From: a virus
Taxonomy: Duplodnaviria > Caudoviricetes
DNA: 48,617 nt
IMG/VR virus record: IMGVR_UViG_3300048902_000105
Span: 1 to 48,617 of that record
Strand: one strand, 5' to 3'
In this document: piece by piece, positions 7,940-15,441 of the stretch
Layout of the letters: every line of letters begins with the position of its first letter
Numbering within the stretch: position 1 is the stretch's first letter
The notes under the pieces: model-generated
The model's database searches: none
Told to the model about the DNA's origin: nothing
What the model saw: only the letters and a program-made list of their open reading frames with translations
Program-made: the position numbers and the translations under genes

Positions 7940-8788
7940 ATGCGAAAACAGGGACATATCCCGGCGCCTCGAAGCTACCAACTGGATGGCGTGAAGTTTG
8001 TGTTGGACGCGTTGTCCCCACGAAACACACACAACACGCATGTTGACACGGTCCCCAGAGCGGGACACCGCGCGGCGATGCTGGCGGATGATCCGGGCCT
8101 GGGGAAGTCCCTCATGGCGATCCTCGTGGCGCTGGCACTGGGCGCGCTGCGCGTTCTCATCATAGCGCCGGCCATAGGGCGCGTGTCCTGGCCCCTGGAG
8201 ATCCGCAAGTTCTGGCCCCAAATGCTCCCCTTCACGCGGGTTCCGGGACAGGGCGCGTTCCCCGCGAGCCTGTTGGACGACCAGATCATACTCATCCTGA
8301 GTTACGATAGCTTCAGCCACGGCGCGACCCTGCGCCGCTGGAACGGTCCCCTGCGTGAACGCGGCTGGGACCTGCTCATTCTGGACGAGGCGCATTATCT
8401 CAAGGAGGGGTCCTCGAACCGCACCCGGGCGATCTACGGGGACAAATTTGGCCACCGGGGGCTTCAGTCGACGGCGAACCGGGTGTTGTTGCTCACGGGT
8501 TCGCCCACGCCCAACCACGCGGGCGAGTTGTTCCCCCACTACAGGACCTTCTGGTCGGATTTGTTGCGGAACCGGGAGGGCCAGCCGCTGGGGCAAACCG
8601 ACTTCGAGGAACGCTACACCAAATACACCGACACCATCTGGGGACGCGCCATCCAGGGGTCGCAGAACCAGGACGCGCTGCGTGAGGCGTTCGCGCCGGT
8701 CATCCTGCGCCGTCGCCGTCAGGATGTGCTGGGCGAGTTGCCGCCGCTCCAGGTCGAGGACGTGCCCCTCATGATGGCACGGCCATGA
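7940..8788 (+). CDS. SNF2-family helicase, N-terminal ATPase domain
   Basis: RSYQ Q-motif, LADDPGLGKS, LILDEAH, LTGSP; GAGG SD before ATG at 7940. Confidence 0.85.
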   Translation: MRKQGHIPAPRSYQLDGVKFVLDALSPRNTHNTHVDTVPRAGHRAAMLADDPGLGKSLMAILVALALGALRVLIIAPAIGRVSWPLEIRKFWPQMLPFTRVPGQGAFPASLLDDQIILILSYDSFSHGATLRRWNGPLRERGWDLLILDEAHYLKEGSSNRTRAIYGDKFGHRGLQSTANRVLLLTGSPTPNHAGELFPHYRTFWSDLLRNREGQPLGQTDFEERYTKYTDTIWGRAIQGSQNQDALREAFAPVILRRRRQDVLGELPPLQVEDVPLMMARP

Positions 8789-9360
8789 CCCTCGAACAGG
8801 ACCAGATCGACCGGCTCATGGCGGTCCCGGTGGACGATCTGCCGGACGTGCTGCGCGACGAGGAAATCCATCTCGCGACGCTGCGCCGGATGCTGGGCGA
8901 GGCCAAGGCCGGTCCCGCCGCCGAGTGGGCCAGGGAAAAACTCACCACGGGCGTTGATAAAATCCTGCTTTTCGCGTGGCACACCGAGGTCATCGCCACG
9001 TTGGGAAAACTGCTCCTGGACTTCAACCCCGTGACCATCACGGGTGCCACGTCCATGCACGACCGGGGTCTCGCCGTGAAACGGTTGCAGAACGATCCCG
9101 GGACGCGGGTGTTCGTGGGGCAGATCAAGGCGGCGGGAACCGCGATCACGCTGACCGCCGCCGCCCACATAGCCATCGTCGAACCGAGTTGGGTGCCGGG
9201 CGAAAACGAACAGGTGATCGCCCGTGCGTGGCGGATGGGGCAGGCGCGTCCCGTCATCGCGAGTTTCCTCTACGTGCCGAACTCGCTGGATCAAAGGATC
9301 ATGCGGGCATTTCGTCGGAAAGCGTCTGAGTTGCTGGAACTTTACCAGCCCCCCTCATAA
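8785..9360 (+). CDS. SNF2-family helicase, C-terminal domain (separate frame)
   Basis: KILLFAWH, AAGTAITLT, WVPGENEQVIARAWRMGQ. Confidence 0.85.
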   Translation: MTLEQDQIDRLMAVPVDDLPDVLRDEEIHLATLRRMLGEAKAGPAAEWAREKLTTGVDKILLFAWHTEVIATLGKLLLDFNPVTITGATSMHDRGLAVKRLQNDPGTRVFVGQIKAAGTAITLTAAAHIAIVEPSWVPGENEQVIARAWRMGQARPVIASFLYVPNSLDQRIMRAFRRKASELLELYQPPS

Positions 9361-9372
9361 GGAAAGCGTTAC

Positions 9373-10029
9373 ATGCCCCCAGTCGAACTGAGCGCGAGGA
9401 TTGTCCTGGCTTATGACCCAGCGCACCCCGAGGAAGCCGAGCGCGTGCTGGATAAGTTCTCGTATTTCGTGACCGAACTCGCGAAACTTGGTGTGACCCC
9501 TTTGGTGCTGTCCCCCGCCGTGGACGCACCGGACCCGGAGCCCATGCAGGCGCGGGAAGATCCGCGCGAGGCGTCAGGCCCGGGACCGTCTGAGCCGCCG
9601 CCGAAACGTGTCCGGGACCGCACCGCTGAACGCCGCGCCGCCAAAGAGAAGGCCGAAGCCGAGGCCCGCGCCCAGGCATCAGGCAACGGCGCCGTCGAGG
9701 CCGACGCCGACGATCCCCTGTTGGGCGCCGCGAGCGGTCCCGGGACCGGCGATCCGTTCGGGGACGACGTTGACGAAGACGTGCCCGCCACCAAGACGAA
9801 GCCCGCCGTCGAGGAACGCGTCCGCACGCCCAAGGAGTGCATGGACGGGAGTATTGTTTTGTTGCGCCAGTGTTTCGCGCAAGGCGGCGCCGACGCGGTG
9901 AAGGCGTTGCAGAAAACATACAAGGTCAGCAAGTTCATCGACCTGCCGTTGGATGTCGCGCCGGGGCTGTGGAAGGAAAGCCTTGCCCTGGCCCAGAAGC
10001 TGCAAATCAAGATCCCGCCGGGGCTCTGA
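9373..10029 (+). CDS. Hypothetical replication-module protein (218 aa)
   Basis: AAGGA SD; low-complexity middle and small C-terminal domain; precedes the DUF2800 gene. Confidence 0.75.
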   Translation: MPPVELSARIVLAYDPAHPEEAERVLDKFSYFVTELAKLGVTPLVLSPAVDAPDPEPMQAREDPREASGPGPSEPPPKRVRDRTAERRAAKEKAEAEARAQASGNGAVEADADDPLLGAASGPGTGDPFGDDVDEDVPATKTKPAVEERVRTPKECMDGSIVLLRQCFAQGGADAVKALQKTYKVSKFIDLPLDVAPGLWKESLALAQKLQIKIPPGL

Positions 10030-10031
10030 GC

Positions 10032-11231
10032 ATGGACGTGGACGACCTGGGACCGCTGCCGGCGCACTCGGATCTGGGTGCGTCGGGGATGGACCGCTGG
10101 TCCCACTGTCCCGGAAGTTTTCACCTGTCCCGGCGCGAGCGCCGCAAAACGCCCACCATCCACGCCGCCACGGGCACCGTCGCGCACATGCTCGTTGAAC
10201 AAGGCATCGCCGTGCTGACGGCGGGCGGCGACGCGGTCAGCGAGTTGTCCGGTTACAACGGCGTCGTCTCCAATGTGGACGGGTATGATGTCCTGGTCGA
10301 CGCCGACATGATCGCGGGCGTCAAACACATGCTTGACTACGTGACGGCGAGGACGGCGGAACTGGGGGTCCCTCCCCTGGTCGAGCAGACTGTCTTCCTG
10401 GACAGTTACTTCGAGGCGGGCGCGCCGCCACCCGTCAGGATGTTTGGCCGTTGCGACGTGCAGTTCCGCGCCGGGGGCTTCGTCGAAGTCGTCGACTACA
10501 AGAACGGGTCCGGCGTGGTGGTGAACGTCACCGACAACATGCAGTTGATGTTCTACGGAGCCGGCGTGCTGGCGGAACTGACCGCCCAGGGTTTGTGGCC
10601 GTCCCGCATGAGATTGACGGTTGTTCAACCGAACGCCCGGACCCCGGAAAAAGTCAGGTCCCAGGATCTGACCACGCTGGACGTGGCGATCTGGGTGGAC
10701 GAGGTCCTGGTCCCGGCGGTGCGTGCCTGCGAAGATCCCGACGCGCCCTATGCCACGGGGTCCTGGTGCCGGTTCTGTCCCGTCGCGCACGCCTGTCCCG
10801 CGCTGCTGGGCGCCGCGCGCGAAGCGGCCAGGACCCAGTTCGATGACAGCGCCGAGGCCGACACCGTGGCGGAGCGCCTGGCACTGGCTGAGCGGGTCAT
10901 TCTCTGGGCCGAGGCGATGAAGGGCTTTGGCCTGCTGCGGATCAAGGAGGGCTTGCGTGTGCCGGGCTGGGCCGAAGTGCCGACGCGGCCCACGCGAAGA
11001 TGGTCTGACGCCGACACCGTGGCCACTCTTTTGCCCGACAGGCACGACATCTGGGACGTGAAGCTGCGCAGCCCCGCCCAGATAGAGAAGCTGGTCAAGA
11101 CTTCCTCTTACACCTGGAGACTGATCGAGCCTTACGTCGAGAGCAAATCATCCGGGACCAAACTGGCTCGGGTTACTTCGGACGACGCGGGTCTTGGCTT
11201 TGACGATCTGGAGGGCTGGCCATGCTGTTGA
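10032..11231 (+). CDS. DUF2800-family PD-(D/E)xK (Cas4-like) exonuclease
   Basis: HSxLGAS..RW..CPGS, GTVAH, FGRCD, VDYKNG, QLMFY, CRFCP....CP. Confidence 0.85.
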   Translation: MDVDDLGPLPAHSDLGASGMDRWSHCPGSFHLSRRERRKTPTIHAATGTVAHMLVEQGIAVLTAGGDAVSELSGYNGVVSNVDGYDVLVDADMIAGVKHMLDYVTARTAELGVPPLVEQTVFLDSYFEAGAPPPVRMFGRCDVQFRAGGFVEVVDYKNGSGVVVNVTDNMQLMFYGAGVLAELTAQGLWPSRMRLTVVQPNARTPEKVRSQDLTTLDVAIWVDEVLVPAVRACEDPDAPYATGSWCRFCPVAHACPALLGAAREAARTQFDDSAEADTVAERLALAERVILWAEAMKGFGLLRIKEGLRVPGWAEVPTRPTRRWSDADTVATLLPDRHDIWDVKLRSPAQIEKLVKTSSYTWRLIEPYVESKSSGTKLARVTSDDAGLGFDDLEGWPCC

Positions 11232-11470
11232 CCCAGATCACGCCCGGTATCTGGATTGTTCCTGAACGGGTGGTGGCTGTCATAGCGCGAACCGGCGGTC
11301 AAATCGGGGGCGTCGTGTCACCCCCAACAGTGCATATCGTGGGTGAACACGCTGAGGTTATGGCCTGGGAGTGCAAGACATACGAACAGGCCATGGACTA
11401 CGCGGCCAAACTGGTGAGCGCGCTTACCGCGGCTCCAAAAGACGGGACCAAACTCATGGAGTTACCGTGA
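11222..11470 (+). CDS. Hypothetical protein (82 aa)
   Basis: GGAGG SD; overlaps both neighbours. Confidence 0.65.
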   Translation: MLLTQITPGIWIVPERVVAVIARTGGQIGGVVSPPTVHIVGEHAEVMAWECKTYEQAMDYAAKLVSALTAAPKDGTKLMELP

Positions 11471-11673
11471 TGGACGGCGAAATAGGCGACGAACTCGATC
11501 ATATCGTTGATATCCTGCACGACGCTGAAAGCACGACCCGGTTGACCGACTGGGAGAACGGCTTTCTGGACGATCTACGGGACAGGGTGGTCCGCTTCGG
11601 TGAGCGCACATTCCTGTCCGACCGCCAGCGCGCCGCGCTGAACCGCATCGAGGCCAAACTTTACAGCCTGTAA
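11467..11673 (+). CDS. Hypothetical phage protein (about 68 aa)
   Basis: GTGA overlap and GGAG SD; LTDWE.GFL...LSDRQ...LNRI motif. Confidence 0.7.
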   Translation: MMDGEIGDELDHIVDILHDAESTTRLTDWENGFLDDLRDRVVRFGERTFLSDRQRAALNRIEAKLYSL

Positions 11674-11758
11674 ACGACTTTCGATCTTCTCCGATCTTCT
11701 CCGCTCCCCCGGCTTTTCCGTCTTCTCCGATCTGGAACCCTGAAATGGAGTGAGCCCC

Positions 11759-12340
11759 ATGGCCGTCCGCACGCCTATCGCTTTGCTTTCGTATCCGCAT
11801 CTTTTCGTCGCCCGCCCGGCGGCGCCGGGGGCCGACCCCAGATTTAGCTGCGCGCTGCTGTTCGATCAGGACGCGCAGAAGGACCCGGCGTTTCTTGAGT
11901 TACGTAAAGCCGTGGGCGCCGCCATCGACGATATGTGGGGCGCCGGCAAGTCCCGGGACAAAGCGTTCATCGCGAGCATCCGTTCACCCTTCCGGCGCAC
12001 CCAGGCCAAGAAGGCCAAGGGCTACGCCGAGATGGAAGGCGGGATCTACATCCAGCCCTGGAGCAAGGACCGCCCCGGCGTGGTGGACGCGCGGCTCCAG
12101 GACATCACGGTCCCGGGCGACGTGTGGCCAGGACAGATGGCCCGCGCCACGGTGCGGCCCTTCGCTTACGACGTGTCCGGCAACAAGGGGGTTAATTTCA
12201 ACCTCAACAACATTCAGATCTGCCGGACCGATGGTCCCCGTCTCGATGATCGCAAGAAGGCCAAGGACGAGTTCGACCCCTACGGCGCGGGTGAAGGCGG
12301 CTACGGCCCCGACGATGATGACGATGACGCTCCGTTCTGA
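11759..12340 (+). CDS. DUF2815-family single-stranded DNA-binding protein
   Basis: LSYPHLF, GNKGVNFNLNNIQ, acidic tail ending in Phe (DDDDDDAPF); GGAG SD. Confidence 0.85.
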   Translation: MAVRTPIALLSYPHLFVARPAAPGADPRFSCALLFDQDAQKDPAFLELRKAVGAAIDDMWGAGKSRDKAFIASIRSPFRRTQAKKAKGYAEMEGGIYIQPWSKDRPGVVDARLQDITVPGDVWPGQMARATVRPFAYDVSGNKGVNFNLNNIQICRTDGPRLDDRKKAKDEFDPYGAGEGGYGPDDDDDDAPF

Positions 12341-12356
12341 CCACGGGAGCGGTCCC

Positions 12357-12434
12357 ATGCACGAAATCATAACAGGTCTCGCCGCGCTGATCCTGCTGGT
12401 GTGGGTGCTGGTTCTGCTGGGGCTCACGGTATGA
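12357..12434 (+). CDS. 25-aa single-TM peptide (MHEIITGLAALILLVWVLVLLGLTV)
   Basis: GGGAG SD; stop overlaps the next ATG. Confidence 0.55.
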   Translation: MHEIITGLAALILLVWVLVLLGLTV

Positions 12435-12703
12435 GCGAGGCACCCCAGCGTCCGCGCACGCGGGAGGAGTTCCTTGCTGAGTTCATGCACCTGGGTAAGT
12501 GCATCGACGATCTGTTGGTGGGACATCACGGGCTGCGGGCGGCGCTTAAACCGGGACACCCGCCCTGGGACACGGCGCTGCCCGACGCGATGCGTGTCCT
12601 GGGGACCGGACCCGTGTTCCACCTATGGAACGAGTGCCGGCTGGTCGAGGCGCTGCGTGTCGCCTGGACCGGTCAGCCTTCTCCTGTTCAGGACGGCACA
12701 TAA
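12431..12703 (+). CDS. Hypothetical protein (90 aa)
   Basis: Coupled at both ends (ATGA, TAATG). Confidence 0.65.
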   Translation: MSEAPQRPRTREEFLAEFMHLGKCIDDLLVGHHGLRAALKPGHPPWDTALPDAMRVLGTGPVFHLWNECRLVEALRVAWTGQPSPVQDGT

Positions 12704-13014
12704 TGTCTCGCGCGCCAAACATCACGCCGTCCCGGCGACCGGGGGCGGTTCTCGCGCTTCAGCCATGTGAGTTTGACTGTCTGAAGCGCAACACGCCGGG
12801 GCCATCGGGGAAACTCGGTGGCTACCCACGGCATGAAAACTGGCTGCTCGATAATATCGACCCGGTGACACTGGAACTTGAACTTGACGCTGTGCGCCTG
12901 GAAAGAACGATACGCTACATCGTAAGCTACGGGTCAGGGGGTCCCAACGCGCGTATTCGCTCCGCGCTGGTCCCCGCGTTCCGCCGCGCGGGTATCGACC
13001 TGCGGGCAACGTGA
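12703..13014 (+). CDS. Hypothetical protein (103 aa)
   Basis: TAATG start overlap; GTGA overlap with the polymerase. Confidence 0.65.
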   Translation: MSRAPNITPSRRPGAVLALQPCEFDCLKRNTPGPSGKLGGYPRHENWLLDNIDPVTLELELDAVRLERTIRYIVSYGSGGPNARIRSALVPAFRRAGIDLRAT

Positions 13015-14981
13015 GCGGCGCCAGGACAAGACTTGTTCTGGACCTTGAGACCACGTCGCTGGCGGATCTTCGCGTGGTTGGCGCCAGCGTCTACGCCCAG
13101 GACCCGTCCACACGCGTAACGGTATTATGCTACGCGCTTGACGCCGGTCCCGTCAGAACCTGGACCGGCGGTCCCTGTCCCGACGATCTGCGCGCGGCGA
13201 TCAGTTCGGGCTGCGTGATGATCGCGCATAATTACCTCTTCGAACTCAATATCTGGGCGGCGAAACTCATGCCGCTGGGCTTCCCGCCCGTCGCGTTGGA
13301 GCAATGGTCCTGCACCATGGCGCGTGCCCTGGTGGCGGGCCTGCCGGCCAGCCTTGAACTCGCCGGCCACGCGCTGGGGCTGGCCATCCAGAAGGACGCC
13401 AGCGCCCGGGACATGATGCTGCGCTTCGCGAGACCCCGAAGCCTCAACCCGCTGACATGGTGGCATGAGACCGATCCGGTCCGGTTCGCCCTACTGGTCG
13501 CCTACTGCGCCCAGGACGTGGCGGCTGAGCGCGAACTTGACCGGGCGGTCCCGGAACTGTCGCCGCGCGAGTATGAAATCTTCCTGGCCGATCACGCGAT
13601 CAACCAGCGGGGCGTGCGCGTCGATCTGGCGTTGGTCGACCGGATGCGCGGCCTGAGCGACCACGAAAAACTACGCATCAACGACCGGCTGAACCGCCTG
13701 ACGAACGGGCAGGTCACGTCCGGCGCCCAGGTGGGCCGGCTGGTGGCGTGGTTGCAGGACTACCAGATCGCCGTCCCCATGCTGGACCCGGGCCATGGCA
13801 AGCCCCCGAGGCCCACCCTGGGGCGTGAGGCGGTCGAGGGGATGCTTGCTCGTCCTGGCTTGTCCAAGCACGTCCATGCCGTCCTGCGCTGCCGGCGGGA
13901 CGTGTCACGGTCCTCCACGGCGAAGCTGACGACTATCAGGAACCGGGTCAGCGCCGACGCCCGGGTTCGGGGCGGGTTCCAGTATTACGGCGCGAACCGC
14001 ACGGGCCGATGGGCCGGGCGCGGCGTGCAATGGCAGAACTTCCCGCGCGGCACGATCAAGGACGTGCATGGCGCGGTGGATCTCGTCACCAAGGGCGCGA
14101 CGGTCGAGGACCTGGATCTGCTGTTCGAGGACAGCCCCATGGGCGTCCTGGCCTCGATGCTCAGATCCGTGATCGAGGCGGCGCCGGGGCGACTGCTTGT
14201 CTCGTGCGACCTGTCTCAGATCGAGGCCCGGGTCCTGGTCTGGCTGGCCGGGCAGGACGATGTCACCGAGTTGTTCCGCCGGGGTGAGGATGTCTACACC
14301 TACACGGCGAAGTCGCTGGGCTCCGACAACCGCCAGTTCGGCAAGGTCCTGGTCCTGGCCACGGGCTTCGGCATGGGACCGGCGCGGTTCCAGGCCACCG
14401 CCCGGACCTTCGGCGTGGACCTGTCCCCGGACGAAGCCGAGGACGCCGTGCAAGGCTGGCGCAGGTTGAACCATCGCGTGGTCAACCTTTGGTGGGAGGC
14501 GCACAAGATCGCGCTCGCCGTGGCCATGGGACCGGTGGGCTCATCGGTCGCCTTCCGGGGCCTGACCTTTGCGCGCCGGTCCCAGAGCCTGGATATCGTC
14601 CTGCCATGTGGCCGTCCCCTGGTCTACCGCGAGCCCCAGGTGCTGCGGCACCCAGAGCATGGCCACCTGGAGTTCGTCTACCGGGGCGTCGAGCAAGGCC
14701 GCTGGGCCTGGGTGCGCTCCTGGCCCGGCAAGCTGATCGAGAACATCGTCCAGGCCATCGCCCGCGATGTCATGGCCGAAGCCATCGTCCGGGTCCACCG
14801 CAAGGGTCCGCCGCTCATCGCCACCGTGCATGACGAACTCATCTCGGAGGTTCCCGAGGACCGGGCCGAGGACGCCCGGGGCTGGCTCATGCGCGTGATG
14901 AACCGGGCACCGAAATGGGCGCCGGGACTGCCCGTCGCGGCAGAGGCCACGGTGGGCCGGCGCTACCGGAAGGACGCCTGA
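13011..14981 (+). CDS. Family A DNA polymerase with 3'-5' exonuclease domain
   Basis: Exo motifs DLET, AHNxxFE, YCxxD; motif A DLSQIEAR; motif B RQFGKVLVLATGFG; motif C VHDE. Confidence 0.92.
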   Translation: MSGARTRLVLDLETTSLADLRVVGASVYAQDPSTRVTVLCYALDAGPVRTWTGGPCPDDLRAAISSGCVMIAHNYLFELNIWAAKLMPLGFPPVALEQWSCTMARALVAGLPASLELAGHALGLAIQKDASARDMMLRFARPRSLNPLTWWHETDPVRFALLVAYCAQDVAAERELDRAVPELSPREYEIFLADHAINQRGVRVDLALVDRMRGLSDHEKLRINDRLNRLTNGQVTSGAQVGRLVAWLQDYQIAVPMLDPGHGKPPRPTLGREAVEGMLARPGLSKHVHAVLRCRRDVSRSSTAKLTTIRNRVSADARVRGGFQYYGANRTGRWAGRGVQWQNFPRGTIKDVHGAVDLVTKGATVEDLDLLFEDSPMGVLASMLRSVIEAAPGRLLVSCDLSQIEARVLVWLAGQDDVTELFRRGEDVYTYTAKSLGSDNRQFGKVLVLATGFGMGPARFQATARTFGVDLSPDEAEDAVQGWRRLNHRVVNLWWEAHKIALAVAMGPVGSSVAFRGLTFARRSQSLDIVLPCGRPLVYREPQVLRHPEHGHLEFVYRGVEQGRWAWVRSWPGKLIENIVQAIARDVMAEAIVRVHRKGPPLIATVHDELISEVPEDRAEDARGWLMRVMNRAPKWAPGLPVAAEATVGRRYRKDA

Positions 14982-15441
14982 CGGCGCTCCGAAACAGGAC
15001 ACCGGCTATCTTGTGCAAGATTAGTGCAGAGGTCCGCACTGGCCCGGCGAGGCCCGTGGCTATTGGACTTCCTCCGTGAAAAGTTAAATTTAGTGCAGAA
15101 ATCCCGCACAAAACATCACCGGATAGACCCCACATGTAAAAGCAACACATTGAAACCAACAGTTGAAATACGCCGGAAATCCTGCGGATTTTGAGGAAAA
15201 CCAACACGTTAAAATGTTGGGCTGTTGCGTCTGGTTGCAATTAGTTTCATTTTGTCGCGCTTCCCAACATTTGGGCTGCAACACGTTGATATCAATAGTG
15301 TTGTGGTGCTCTTGGTTTTCATGTTTTGTGCAGGATTTCTGCACTGATCCACATGTGTAATTTAAGACCGTGAATAATCAACGGCCTAACCGTTTCGGTC
15401 CCAGGTTTTTAGACTGTGTTGGGTCCAGGACAAAGAGGACT
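14982..15441. other. AT-rich intergenic region with paired repeats, candidate attP
   Basis: 25-bp inverted repeat (24/25) at 15092-15116 and 15321-15345; related TTGTGCAAGATTAGTGCAGA at 15011-15030; central CCAACA-N8-TGTTGG at 15201-15220. Confidence 0.45.

Noticed and set aside
15090-15360. Short ORFs, a tRNA fragment or a dif site in the intergenic region
   Set aside because: Atypical composition and no SD; no T-arm/CCA pattern; no convincing XerC/XerD arm match
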